Source of the DNA: Minisyncoccota bacterium
GTDB taxonomy: Bacteria; Patescibacteriota; Minisyncoccia; JAHIHE01; JAGLIN01
Direction of reading: 5' to 3'
DNA length: 64,000 nucleotides
Assembly (NCBI GenBank): GCA_028690055.1
Contig: JAQVBZ010000006.1
Coordinates: 392 to 64,391, forward strand
Shown: positions 28,177-38,943 of the stretch, in pieces
How positions within the stretch are numbered: position 1 is the stretch's first letter
How the letters are laid out: every line of letters starts with the position of its first letter
Notes under the pieces: generated by a model
Database searches by the model: none
Seen by the model: only the letters and a program-made list of their open reading frames with translations
What the model was told of the DNA's origin: nothing
Translations under genes and position numbers: made by a program

Positions 28177-28983
28177 TTATTTCACAAACTCCTTCACAAT
28201 CCCCACAAATTCTCTCGCTTCCAAAGATGCTCCGCCGATCAGGAGGCCTCGTAAGCCAGTCTTATCCACTAGGTCGAAACAGTTCTGACTCGTCACGCTG
28301 CCGCCGTAGAGGATAGGCGTACTATCTACGATTTCGCGACTGTATAATTTACTGATGATTTTCTTGATCAGGAGGCCGACTCCCATAATGTCATCCGTCG
28401 AGGGGGTCGTACCGGAACCGATAGCCCAGATGGGTTCATAAGCGATCAGTAATTTTCCGTATATGTCTTTCTCTGTGATGTCCTGTAGCGCTTGCTCGAG
28501 CTGGCGGATAATGACTTCGCCCGCTTCTCCCCTTTTTCTTTCTTCCAAGGTCTCCCCCACGCACAGTATCGGCCGCATCCCGCCATCAAGGCACGCTTTT
28601 ATCTTGAGGTTCACCATCTCATCCGTCTCACCGAGATATTTTCTTCTCTCCGAATGACCGATGATAACATATTTGACACCAACCTTGCGGAGCATCTCAC
28701 TCGAGATTTCCCCGGTATAAGCCCCGCGGCTTTCCCAGAAAAGATTCTGCGCGCCCAGCTTTATCTCACCCTTAGCGTCAAAATCAGAAAGAAAAAGATA
28801 GGGCATACAGATGACCGCCTCTATCTTGTCGCTGCGCATACGATAAGCGTCGTTTTCCATCTCGTCAAAAATCGTTTCCGCATCATCCAAAGACGGAGGG
28901 TTCATTTTCCAGTTGCCCACGATATAGATCTTTTCTTTTTCCTGAGTCATTTTATTGATTTTAATGCTTACACTACTGAACAT
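28177..28983 (-). CDS. tpiA: Triosephosphate isomerase
   Basis: The N-terminal YIVGNWKMN, the catalytic AYEPIWAIGSG and the GGSV motif are present. An alternative start is the Met at 28950. Confidence 0.9.
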   Translation of the reverse strand: MFSSVSIKINKMTQEKEKIYIVGNWKMNPPSLDDAETIFDEMENDAYRMRSDKIEAVICMPYLFLSDFDAKGEIKLGAQNLFWESRGAYTGEISSEMLRKVGVKYVIIGHSERRKYLGETDEMVNLKIKACLDGGMRPILCVGETLEERKRGEAGEVIIRQLEQALQDITEKDIYGKLLIAYEPIWAIGSGTTPSTDDIMGVGLLIKKIISKLYSREIVDSTPILYGGSVTSQNCFDLVDKTGLRGLLIGGASLEAREFVGIVKEFVK

Positions 28984-29149
28984 ATTTAAAAGGTATTTTT
29001 CTTTCCCTCTCTCCTACCGGGAGAGGGTCGAGGTGAGGGGGGATGATCACTTTACCCTATATTACGTTTTTCACACACCCCACAAAACGACATGGCTGAA
29101 GCTCTGTCGGCGCCACCCCTCTCTAGAGGGAAATTAAGGTCGCACAAAT

Positions 29150-30406
29150 TTACAGATTCCTTCTAAGTTTCTCCGCCGTGGCGACTCTCTCCACCGCAAT
29201 CGCATAAGCCGCCAGTCGCAAAGAGCAATTTTCCGTACAGCATTTTTTGCCCCACACCTCGTCGAATGCGTCTTCGATGATCGTTCTCAAGCGAGAAATA
29301 TTTTCATTCTCACTCCAATAGAAATTTTGCAGATTCTGCACCCATTCGAAATAGCTCACGATCACCCCGCCGGCATTGGCAAGAATATCCGGCACCACCG
29401 TCACGCCTTTTTTCTCAAGAAGAATATCAGCCTCGGGTGTTAACGGACCGTTGGCCATTTCCACGATGAGTTTTGCTTTGATCTTATCCGCGTTCTTATC
29501 TGTAATGACATTTTCCAGTGCGGAAGGCATAAGGACATCCACGTCCAGCTCCAAAAGTTCTTCATTGGTGATAGTACGTGTTCCCGGATAGCCCACCACG
29601 CTGCCGGTGGCTTCTTTATGTTTCAAAACTTCTTTGGCATTCAAGGTCTTTTCTTTACCGTCTTCCAGAACGATACCTCCTTTGGAATCGGAGACTGCCA
29701 CCACGTTATATCCGAGAGCGAACAAAATGTCCGCGGCAAAATACCCCACGTTTCCAAAACCTTGGATTGCAATTTTGATTTTCTTGGCATCAAGCTCCAA
29801 CTTTTCTACGATTTTTTCGAAGACATAAACTCCGCCCTGTGAAGTGGAAAATTTCCGCCCCCTGGTTCCTCCGACCTCGATCGGCTTACCTGTCACCACA
29901 CCCGGCACGTTGTAGCCTTGCATGCGGCTGAATTCGTCCATCATCCACGCCATAATCTGCGGATCAGTATTGACATCCGGAGCGGGAATGTCTTTTTCCG
30001 GACCGATAAAATCCCGAAGCGCTTGGACATATCCGCGCGACAATCGCTCCAATTCCCCTTTTGATAGTTTCCTGACATCCACAATCACACCGCCCTTACC
30101 GCCGCCGTAAGGAAGCCCGACTACCGAACATTTCCAAGTCATCCACGCCGAAAGCGCTTTCACTTCAGAAAGATTTACATCGGGATGAAAACGAATTCCG
30201 CCCTTGAAAGGACCGAGAGCGTCGTTGTATTGCGAGCGATAACCCTTGAAGACCTCGATTTTGCCCGAATCCATCTTGACCGGAATATTGACTATCATAA
30301 TCTTTTTCGGATGTTTCAGAATCTCCAAAGTGGATTCATCGACATCTATAATTTTGGAAACATTTTCCAATTGTCGAAGCGCATTCTTAAAGGCATCGCT
30401 TTTCAT
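29150..30406 (-). CDS. gdhA: Glutamate dehydrogenase
   Basis: The Lys motif GPFKGGIRFHP and the Rossmann motif GFGNVG are present, 418 aa in all. Confidence 0.9.
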   Translation of the reverse strand: MKSDAFKNALRQLENVSKIIDVDESTLEILKHPKKIMIVNIPVKMDSGKIEVFKGYRSQYNDALGPFKGGIRFHPDVNLSEVKALSAWMTWKCSVVGLPYGGGKGGVIVDVRKLSKGELERLSRGYVQALRDFIGPEKDIPAPDVNTDPQIMAWMMDEFSRMQGYNVPGVVTGKPIEVGGTRGRKFSTSQGGVYVFEKIVEKLELDAKKIKIAIQGFGNVGYFAADILFALGYNVVAVSDSKGGIVLEDGKEKTLNAKEVLKHKEATGSVVGYPGTRTITNEELLELDVDVLMPSALENVITDKNADKIKAKLIVEMANGPLTPEADILLEKKGVTVVPDILANAGGVIVSYFEWVQNLQNFYWSENENISRLRTIIEDAFDEVWGKKCCTENCSLRLAAYAIAVERVATAEKLRRNL

Positions 30407-30419
30407 ATTTTTATTATTC

Positions 30420-31334
30420 TTATTTGATTTTTAGAAAGTTATAAACACTGCTTGTGCCGATCATCCCTTCCGAGCTAGCTGAAAGAACTTGCCGGATACC
30501 ATTAGAGCCGCTGCTCACATCTCCCGCAGCATAAAGGCCCGCAACATCCGTAGCGCCTGCGGCATCCACCACAATGTGCCCCAGAGCGTCGATATCCACC
30601 CCCAAATCCTTCAGAAGCACTCCATTCGGAATCATGCCGATTTCCACAAAGAGTCCGTCGAGCGGAAGTTCTTTACTGCCTTCATATTCTTTATCCAGGA
30701 GAATCTTTTCAACTCTCTTGTCGCCTTTGACCTCCTCAATATTAAATCCCGCGATTATGGTTATCTTCGAATTAGCCTTCGCTCTTTCCAACATCACCGG
30801 TTCCGCCCTGAAATTATCATTGCGATGAATAAGATACACTTTATCAGCATGCTCGGAAAGCATCAATGCCGCCATTACCGCCGAATTGCCGCCGCCGGCT
30901 ACCGCCACTGTTTTATTCTTGAAAAAAGCGGCATCGCAAATGGCACAATAGCTCACACCGCGACCCAAAAATTCTTCCTCGCCCGGAATACCCAGCCTCC
31001 GTTCCTTGGTACCGGAACAAATGATTACGGCACGGGACTCCAGTGTCTTATCTTGCGAGGTTTTTATCTTGAAAATATCCCCTTCTTTTTCGATAGCCAC
31101 CATATTCTCCGCAAGGATCTCCCCACCCAAACCTTTGGCTTGCTCGGAAAATTTATTAAGCAAATCAAAACCGCCGATAGATTTTTCCCCCGGCCAATTC
31201 TCAATCAAGTGTGCCTTACCCAAGGCACTGCCACACATATCTCCCAAAACCAGATGATTTATCTTGTATCGTGAAGCGTAGATGGAGGCGGTAAGACCGG
31301 CCGGCCCCGCACCCACTATTATTAAATCGTACAT
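30420..31334 (-). CDS. trxB: Thioredoxin-disulfide reductase
   Basis: The FAD motif DLIIVGAGPAG, the redox CAICD and a second Rossmann AVAGGGNSA are present. Confidence 0.9.
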   Translation of the reverse strand: MYDLIIVGAGPAGLTASIYASRYKINHLVLGDMCGSALGKAHLIENWPGEKSIGGFDLLNKFSEQAKGLGGEILAENMVAIEKEGDIFKIKTSQDKTLESRAVIICSGTKERRLGIPGEEEFLGRGVSYCAICDAAFFKNKTVAVAGGGNSAVMAALMLSEHADKVYLIHRNDNFRAEPVMLERAKANSKITIIAGFNIEEVKGDKRVEKILLDKEYEGSKELPLDGLFVEIGMIPNGVLLKDLGVDIDALGHIVVDAAGATDVAGLYAAGDVSSGSNGIRQVLSASSEGMIGTSSVYNFLKIK

Positions 31335-31571
31335 AATTTTCTTATTTACTTTTTATAGCAAAAGGAGGAACATCTTCGGACAAGCAAGGGTCACAAAAGA
31401 TGATTCCTCCAAAAAACACTTTTAGCTTGTCATAGCTGAAGACAGATATTTTATCGTGTCATCTCCCGATCAGGTCGAGGGCAGGCTCTGATAAGGTACC
31501 TAAAAACCCAGACTGTCCCACGTAGTAACATGATCCCTCTCTTGGCGTATGATTGATTGAAAGGTTTCTCT

Positions 31572-31772
<201 letters not shown>

Positions 31773-31821
31773 TTATCTATTAATTAAACACAACAGGCTC
31801 GCCACCCGCACCAATATCCGC

Positions 31822-32145
31822 CTACTCCGCAATCAGGCTCTTGATTTTCTCCGCCAGTATCTCTCTGGGCTGCAACCCTACCATTTCATCGACAATCTTC
31901 CCTTGCTTGAAAAACTTTAGCGCGGGAATACTCAGAATCTCATATTCAGCGGAAATATTCGGATTATCGTCAACGTTAACTTTACGCACTGAGATCTTTC
32001 CTTCAAATTCCTTTGCCATATCTTCCAATATGGGACCCATCATCTTGCACGGCCCGCACCAAGGAGCCCAAAAATCCACCAGTACCACGCCTTCATTTTG
32101 TAAGACCTCCCGATCGAAGCTCTCTTCGTTTATGTCCATTGCCAT
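31822..32145 (-). CDS. trxA: Thioredoxin
   Basis: The WAPWCGPCK active site is present, with an AAGGAAGG RBS upstream. Confidence 0.9.
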   Translation of the reverse strand: MAMDINEESFDREVLQNEGVVLVDFWAPWCGPCKMMGPILEDMAKEFEGKISVRKVNVDDNPNISAEYEILSIPALKFFKQGKIVDEMVGLQPREILAEKIKSLIAE

Positions 32146-32306
32146 ATTTTTTATCCTTCCTTAGATTTCAGCTTTCAATGATTCACTCGCGCCATTCTCT
32201 CTGTATCATTAAGACGCAAATACTTTGTAAAACTGAAACCCATATTAAAATTGATTAAACTATGATATAATTCATATAAACTAATAATATAATATTTGAG
32301 AAAAAG

Positions 32307-33371
32307 ATGCAAACGAAAAAAAAAGTCGTGATAGTGGGTGCGGGACCGGCAGGACTTGGTGCGGCTTCAGAACTTGCGCGAAATGAAAGTTTTGAGGTCA
32401 TAGTTCTGGAAAGAAATTCCGAACCGAGCTACAAAGTCTGCGGTGGCGGCATCCATCCCGATTTTATCAAAGATTTCGTTTCACAGGATGTACTGGACCG
32501 AGAATTTGAAAAAATCTTGATCAAAACCCCACGCAGCACCTATACCATGAAATATGACAAAAACATTTTTATGGGAACTTTGAATCGCAAGAAGCTTAAT
32601 GAGGAATTGACGAAAAAGGCGGAAAAGGCGGGAGCTCAAGTTCTTTTCGGTAAAGCCGTGAAAGAGATCCAAAAGGATAAGGTTCTGACCACGAACGGCG
32701 AAGAATTTTCCTTCGACTATCTCATCGGCGCGGATGGAGCCACTTCCGTAGTACGCAAAAGTCTGAATATTCCCACCGAAAACTTTATAATCACTTACCA
32801 GTATATAATTCCGGGTGATTATGAAAACGTCGAAATCCATGTCGACTTCAAAAAATTCGGCATCACTTACAGCTGGATATTCCCGCAAAAAGGCGTTATC
32901 TCCGTCGGTACCGGCTACAGCTCGGCAGAAGAAAAGTCGCCGGGAGATGTAAAAAAACTACGCGAGAATTTCGATGCCTGGTGCAAAGAACGTTTCTCTC
33001 TGGAGGGTGCTCGTTTTGAAGGCTTCACTATCAATTATGATTATCGCGGATTCGAGTTCGGCAATGTGTACCTCTGCGGAGACGCAGGCGGTTTCGCTTC
33101 CGGTTTTACCGGTGAAGGGATGAAACCGGCCATCCTTACTGGCATCGATGTAGCACGCAAGATTCAGGACCCGAATTATAAATGTATAAATGTAGAAGCT
33201 TACCTGGCTATAAAGAAAAGGGAAGAAGGTATCTTAAAATTGCTTATCAGCCGCCCTTGGGGAAGACTCTTTACCCCCATCGCCGCTCATCTCGCTAATT
33301 CAAACTGGATTAAAAAGATGCTATTCAAGTTCATCGATATGTCTTCAAAAATGAAAAATACCGGCCCATAA
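32307..33371 (+). CDS. FAD-dependent oxidoreductase, geranylgeranyl-reductase-like family
   Basis: VVIVGAGPAGLGAA and KVCGGGI are present, with a GDAGGF-type C-terminal motif (GDAGGFASGFTGEG). Confidence 0.65.
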   Translation: MQTKKKVVIVGAGPAGLGAASELARNESFEVIVLERNSEPSYKVCGGGIHPDFIKDFVSQDVLDREFEKILIKTPRSTYTMKYDKNIFMGTLNRKKLNEELTKKAEKAGAQVLFGKAVKEIQKDKVLTTNGEEFSFDYLIGADGATSVVRKSLNIPTENFIITYQYIIPGDYENVEIHVDFKKFGITYSWIFPQKGVISVGTGYSSAEEKSPGDVKKLRENFDAWCKERFSLEGARFEGFTINYDYRGFEFGNVYLCGDAGGFASGFTGEGMKPAILTGIDVARKIQDPNYKCINVEAYLAIKKREEGILKLLISRPWGRLFTPIAAHLANSNWIKKMLFKFIDMSSKMKNTGP

Positions 33372-33440
33372 AGCCGGTTTTTTAATACCATAACAGAAAA
33401 GATTTGGGGAAGGTGTCGTCGCGAGGAACTACTTGCAGCT

Positions 33441-34349
33441 TTATCCCCCAAACAGCTCCGTACTCAGATATCTTTCTCCCGAATCAGCCAAGAGAGTTAC
33501 AATCCTCTTGCCTTTACCCAGTTCCTTGGCCTTGCAGACTGCCACATACATCGCCGCGCCAGCGCTCATTCCCGCGAGAATTCCCTCTTCACGCGCCAAC
33601 CTTCGAGAGAATTCGTAAGTGAGAGGAATCTCATCGGAGGAAAGTTCAATCATTTCGTCAAAATATTTTTCGTCGAACAATTTAGAGCCGTTAGCTTCGC
33701 GCGGATTTCTAAGCCCTTGGATGGAAGCGCCGAGCCGTGGAGTCACACCGATAATCTTGATTTCGGGATTATACGCTTTGAGCTTGCGTGAAATGCCGAT
33801 TCCAGTCCCCGCCGTTCCCACCGCGATAACCACCATATCAATTCTACCTTCCGTGTCCTGCCAGATTTCTTCGGCTGTAGTTTCGAAATGCGCCGCAATA
33901 TTGGCAGGATTTTCATGCTGATCCACGGCAATATATTTTTCAGGATTTTTTGCAATCATTTCTTTCTTGAGCGCGATTGATCCCCCAGTACCCTGATCGG
34001 CAGGCGACAAGATAAGTTCCGCACCATAAGCTTTGATAATTTTTCTCCGTTCCTCGCTCACCCCCGCCGGCATCACGATTGTGATTTTATATCCTTTCAT
34101 TGCCCCAATCATAGAGAGGGCGATTCCGGTACTGCCTGAAGTGGCCTCAATGATGGTCCTGTCTTTGATGTCGGGATATTTTTTTTCCGCGTCCATAATA
34201 AGGTAAAGCCCCAGCCGATCCTTCACAGACCCGCCGACATTCAGCTTCTCCAGTTTGACCAAGATTTCCGCATCCTCGGACTCTGTTATTTTGTTGATTC
34301 GAACCAGCGGCGTATGACCGATCAGATCCAAAATGCTGTTATAAATCAT
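33441..34349 (-). CDS. cysK: Cysteine synthase / O-acetylserine sulfhydrylase family PLP enzyme
   Basis: A PLP-lysine motif (NVGGSVKDR), SGSTG and GTGGS loops are present, 302 aa in all. Confidence 0.85.
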   Translation of the reverse strand: MIYNSILDLIGHTPLVRINKITESEDAEILVKLEKLNVGGSVKDRLGLYLIMDAEKKYPDIKDRTIIEATSGSTGIALSMIGAMKGYKITIVMPAGVSEERRKIIKAYGAELILSPADQGTGGSIALKKEMIAKNPEKYIAVDQHENPANIAAHFETTAEEIWQDTEGRIDMVVIAVGTAGTGIGISRKLKAYNPEIKIIGVTPRLGASIQGLRNPREANGSKLFDEKYFDEMIELSSDEIPLTYEFSRRLAREEGILAGMSAGAAMYVAVCKAKELGKGKRIVTLLADSGERYLSTELFGG

Positions 34350-35233
34350 AATAAATAATTGAAAGAAATTAGAATTAGTACAAAAAATCGCCCTTGAACA
34401 GGTCGACTTTGATATACAGGCAAAAGCAAAGCAACCTATCTTAAAACGGTAACCCTAAGGCAACAGACGGATTGACTTTGTGTAGATTTCATTATTATTT
34501 GTAATCATTGGAATAAATGGTAGCATTTCTGACCAATTTGTCAATAAAATAGGACGATACGAACACGAATCTCACAAACTCCATTTTAAATGCCCATCCA
34601 TATTTCTGCCATACCGCCCCCCATTTTGTCTAAATAAACACCTCTTATATATATCACACTATTTTTGAATACAGTGAAGAGATAAACTATCGCCACGCAG
34701 AAGCTTCTTGCGATTGTAACGGAGGTGACCTTACTATAATCTACCATAAATGACATTATAAGTAGATATCATTGCGAAGGTGGCAATAGTTGAGTAGCGA
34801 AAAAAGCAAATAAAAAAAAGACGCGATGGGCCGACGTCTTCACGAAACTCGCAAAATCCAGAAAAAAGATATAAGTTTTTACAAGATTGCTTTTTGGTAA
34901 TTATCTTATATATCTCAGATTTTTTACATCATACAAAAGCTGCTATGGCAGTTATTGCCCCCAAAACACAAGCAAGCATATTAGGGACCAGCAAAAAATA
35001 ATCCTTCTTTCCATATGTATACAGACTCCAAACGGAGCCGTTTAAAGCTGTCGCAAGCGGCTGAATATATATTACTACGCCCTTGAAAGTTTGAAATCAA
35101 AATCTCAATTAAGGAAAAGAACATAATTATTGCGAGAACGGAGGCAATGCTGCCAATTTTCTTTTCGTTTTTCTACAAAAAAATCTGCAAGCGATAAGCG
35201 CGACGGCATGTCAAGATTCTTGAGTTTCGCGAT

Positions 35234-37471
35234 CTAACTGTCAAACCTGATTACCTCTCCGGGCTTGATTTCTCTCGTTTCTTTCTTGACACCACCTGCT
35301 GGAATACTCTCTGTATTGCCGGCTGATTTTTCCACTTTGGGCACGAAAACAGGCTTCGCGGCTTGCGATTTTACAACTGGAGACTTCGGTAAAATAACTT
35401 CTTGCTTTTTACCCATCCTAGGCAAAACTTCCGCTGCCTTTTTTGCTTCCTGTGTTTTCGGCTTAGTCGGTGCGGCAACAACAGTCCTCACTTCTTCCTT
35501 CCTTGTCTCCTTCGGCGCGATATCGGACGGCTCACGATAGACGATTTGTTTTTTCTGCCCCTCTGCCGCAAGTCTTTTCCTCTCGTAGAATTCAATCATC
35601 TTTTGCGGATCATAAGTGATTTTTTTCGGTTCGACTTTAGGCACAACCGTTTCCCTGACCTCTTTTTTTATAGTAGTCGCAGTCTGCACTTTCTTTTCCA
35701 CAATTACCTCCCTATCTACCACCTGAGGGGCCTCTCTTACCGGTAACGCCTCCGACTTGGGCGAGGAAGAAAGAGTGGGGGTCGGAATAGATGGAGTTGG
35801 TGGAATTGAAGCGGGTGCAACGGGTACTGGAGCGACCGGCACCGGTGCGACCACCGGCGATTGCACCGGCGACACCGATGCCGTTTCCGCTTTTATGGCA
35901 GGAGCCGCCATTTCAACCGGTGCGACAACCGGACGATCTGCTTGAGGTTGAGACGGTTTTATTCCGTCCGCGGTTTGTTGACGAACCTTCAACAGACAAT
36001 CCTTACAATAAGTCGCACGCGCTGGATCCGGCTGAAAAGGAACTTTTATGCCAGTGCCACAAGTAGAGCAAACAGCATCCCACATCTCACGATTATCCAC
36101 CCTTTCTTTTTTCTCCCCCTGAGAATTATGGTTAACTTTGATATTCTCCGGCAGAGAAGGATCAGTCCGCAGTTCACCACTCTCTTCATCTTTGACATAA
36201 CCCGACCAGCGAGCAACCTTGTCTTCCACTTCTTCTCTTTTCTTGGTATAGCGCTCGCGCGAGACTCTGACAATCTTCTCCGGATCGCTCTTAACGGTAA
36301 CTTGGATCGGCGGCAGCGAAGTGGCGCTGAAAGCATCACCCGACACCCCGTCAATCATCAATTTCAAGTACATATCATATTTCGCCAAATTAACCAAATC
36401 GTTCATCATAAAAATCGGCTCGAATTCCTTTTCCAGAAATTCCGCATCGGTAGCACCCACTCGGAAGCTGATAATAGTACCGACATTACCAAAAATAGCA
36501 TCGCTCACTGTCTCTTCCAGCTGACCGATATATTGGTGCGCCACAATCAAATCCAGACGATATTTTCTCGCCTCAGACAAAATTCCCGCAAAGGAATCCG
36601 TGGCAAAATTTTGGAACTCATCAACATAGAGATAAAAGTCTTTACGTTCTTCCTCCGGCGTGTCTACGCGCCCCATAGCCGCCAACTGGATTTTTGTAAT
36701 AAGCATCGCACCCAGCAAAGCACTGTAATCTTCTCCGATTCTTCCCTTGGAAAGATTAACGATGAGAATCTTTTTATTGTCCATGATATCCCGCATATCG
36801 ATGGAAGAGTGCGGCTGCGAAACAATGTTACGCACCAAAGAGCTCGACAAAAACTGCCCGACCTTGTTCTGAATCGGAGAAATCGCCTCAACCGTAAACT
36901 GTTTGGAATATTTCGTAAATTCATCCGTCCAAAAAGTCTTCACTACAGGGTCGGAAATCTTGCTCACCACTTTCTTACGATAATCCTCATCGATGAGCAA
37001 ACGCGGCACACCCAAAAGCGTGCTGTCCGGATATTCCAAAAGCGCCAAAATCGTATTTCTAAGGAGATACTCCAACCTAGGACCCCAAGAATCCGCCCAA
37101 ATTTTCTTGAAGACTCCGATAAGTCCGGAAGCGATCAGGTGGCGATACTTGGGATCAACGTGCTCCATCACGTTAAAAGCGATCGGATAATCTATGTCCG
37201 CCGGATTAAAATATATGACATCGTTTACTCGGTTGGCGGGAATGAAATTCAAAATCTCCTCCGCCAGATCCCCGTGCGGATCGACCACAGCCAAACCTTG
37301 ACCGCTAATGATGTCGGAGATGATCATATTTTCCAAGAGAGTTGTCTTACCCATACCGGTCTTTCCAATCACGTACATATGCCGACGGCGATCCTCACGC
37401 TTGATACCGAAGGTATGCTCCTTTCCGCGAAAATTGGTCTTACCAAAATAGGTGATATCGTTATTTTCCAT
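35234..37471 (-). CDS. FtsK/HerA/VirD4-superfamily P-loop ATPase (T4SS coupling-protein-like) with C-terminal CxxC...CxxC zinc ribbon and ~270-aa Pro/Val/Ala/Lys-rich disordered tail
   Basis: Walker A (VIGKTGMGKTTL) is followed by VVDPHGDL, as in T4CP and HerA families. Walker B is YLYVDEFQNF and a sensor is AHQYIGQ. The ribbon is CSTCGTGIKVPFQPDPARATYCKDCL. The tail is encoded by GC-rich imperfect tandem DNA repeats at ~35800-35900. Confidence 0.6.
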   Translation of the reverse strand: MENNDITYFGKTNFRGKEHTFGIKREDRRRHMYVIGKTGMGKTTLLENMIISDIISGQGLAVVDPHGDLAEEILNFIPANRVNDVIYFNPADIDYPIAFNVMEHVDPKYRHLIASGLIGVFKKIWADSWGPRLEYLLRNTILALLEYPDSTLLGVPRLLIDEDYRKKVVSKISDPVVKTFWTDEFTKYSKQFTVEAISPIQNKVGQFLSSSLVRNIVSQPHSSIDMRDIMDNKKILIVNLSKGRIGEDYSALLGAMLITKIQLAAMGRVDTPEEERKDFYLYVDEFQNFATDSFAGILSEARKYRLDLIVAHQYIGQLEETVSDAIFGNVGTIISFRVGATDAEFLEKEFEPIFMMNDLVNLAKYDMYLKLMIDGVSGDAFSATSLPPIQVTVKSDPEKIVRVSRERYTKKREEVEDKVARWSGYVKDEESGELRTDPSLPENIKVNHNSQGEKKERVDNREMWDAVCSTCGTGIKVPFQPDPARATYCKDCLLKVRQQTADGIKPSQPQADRPVVAPVEMAAPAIKAETASVSPVQSPVVAPVPVAPVPVAPASIPPTPSIPTPTLSSSPKSEALPVREAPQVVDREVIVEKKVQTATTIKKEVRETVVPKVEPKKITYDPQKMIEFYERKRLAAEGQKKQIVYREPSDIAPKETRKEEVRTVVAAPTKPKTQEAKKAAEVLPRMGKKQEVILPKSPVVKSQAAKPVFVPKVEKSAGNTESIPAGGVKKETREIKPGEVIRFDS

Positions 37472-37659
37472 AATTTTGTTTATTTAAATATTCCCCCTCC
37501 TTTTATTTTACCCTTATTTTCATCAATCGGAAATATTACCGACCCATCCGCTTCTTTATCATGGCTTATTTTATTACCTTTGATATTTTACAGCCCCCCA
37601 CCTAAAGAGAGAAATAAACACGAAACCGTATCAGATTTCGCCAATAAGCCGTAAGCCAA

Positions 37660-38925
37660 CTAAATGGGCAAAGTGGAAGGAGGTTTGCCTTTTTTAGCTT
37701 CCACTTTCGGCACCACCGAACCTCTGACTTCCTTGGTTGGGAAATGAAAAAGGGTCGCCAGTTCATCGGAAGTCAGTATGAAACTCTGAACATCCAAAAT
37801 CCGAGCTTTATATCTTCTGAGCACGGATTTTTTCTTTATCGCTTTTCTATAATCCGGAAAGAAATAGTAAGCGCTGGTTTTGGTCCGCCCGTCCGGCCTA
37901 AAACTGTTTATCATATCGTTGCCGAATTGCGTGAAGTATGAGAAGAAAATAGAATTAGCTCTTCCCTTATTGAAAACTTTGCGCTGTGCGGCATAAACGT
38001 AACGGATATCGGTTTCAAATCCCGGCCTCATCAATTTCTCATCAATAGCATCAATGACCGCCTTTTCCCCGGAAGACAGACGCATCATCATACCGAGAGG
38101 ATCGCTCTTCTTCTCTTCCGCCGCTGAAGTACTGGCGCTGAACATACCGGAAAGAACTTTACCTATTTCACTGAGCATATCTTTCAAAAATCCCGGTGCA
38201 GGTTCTTTTACTTCCCTTCCCGCCAATTTTAGGACTATATTCTTGCCTGCTTCTTTCCACTTATCACTAGTCGGACGCACCAAAATCTGAATCCAGATCT
38301 GTTCGTCTGGTCCGATCTTATTGACACCTTCCACAATATTTCCCAACGGATCGATGTACTCTCCCGAACCCTGATCCTCAAACTCTTTCCAAGTCCGGAT
38401 AGGATATGCGCTATCTCTGGCCAGTTTCATATCCGTCCCCCATATGTCATATTCGTCGTTAGGAACATCATCCGGCACACTGGTAACGTATTCACTCACC
38501 TCATTTATTTCCGCATCCGGGTATTGGGCATATATCTGCGACTCTACTATATCCCTATGCATATCTATCGTTCGGATATAAAAATGCACGTCACCCTCGA
38601 AGCTGACGATTTCAAAACTGAACCAAGAATCAACGACACCACTCAGATAGATATCGTAAAGGGTATCGATGGCCACGTCATACACACTCGCCAAGCCGGA
38701 AAAAAATTCCTCCATCGCTTTCGGACGGATTTCTATGCCGGCGGGAACTTTGACCTCCAGAATATTCCACTTCAGATTCCTGATATATTTTTCCTGCACA
38801 TAAATTACCCAAAATCCCTGGAATATCGGCCACAAAAAATAAAACGTAAAAAACCACCAGTACTCGATGTAAACACTGATTGCCCCCTTGATGGATTCAT
38901 CAAGAATAACAGAAAAACTTACCAT
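37660..38925 (-). CDS. Single-pass membrane protein, hypothetical (421 aa), partner of the downstream ATPase
   Basis: An N-terminal TM segment (YIEYWWFFTFYFLWPIFQGFWVIY) precedes a large soluble domain. Its stop is 188 bp before the ATPase start on the same strand. Confidence 0.5.
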   Translation of the reverse strand: MVSFSVILDESIKGAISVYIEYWWFFTFYFLWPIFQGFWVIYVQEKYIRNLKWNILEVKVPAGIEIRPKAMEEFFSGLASVYDVAIDTLYDIYLSGVVDSWFSFEIVSFEGDVHFYIRTIDMHRDIVESQIYAQYPDAEINEVSEYVTSVPDDVPNDEYDIWGTDMKLARDSAYPIRTWKEFEDQGSGEYIDPLGNIVEGVNKIGPDEQIWIQILVRPTSDKWKEAGKNIVLKLAGREVKEPAPGFLKDMLSEIGKVLSGMFSASTSAAEEKKSDPLGMMMRLSSGEKAVIDAIDEKLMRPGFETDIRYVYAAQRKVFNKGRANSIFFSYFTQFGNDMINSFRPDGRTKTSAYYFFPDYRKAIKKKSVLRRYKARILDVQSFILTSDELATLFHFPTKEVRGSVVPKVEAKKGKPPSTLPI

Positions 38926-38943
38926 ATTTGTTTTATGCCTAAA

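Noticed and set aside
35861-37654. 597-aa plus-strand ORF
   Set aside because: It is antisense to the 745-aa ATPase gene. Its translation is low-complexity and Arg/Ile-rich with no motifs, so it is an artefact of the long sense ORF and its GC-rich repeats.
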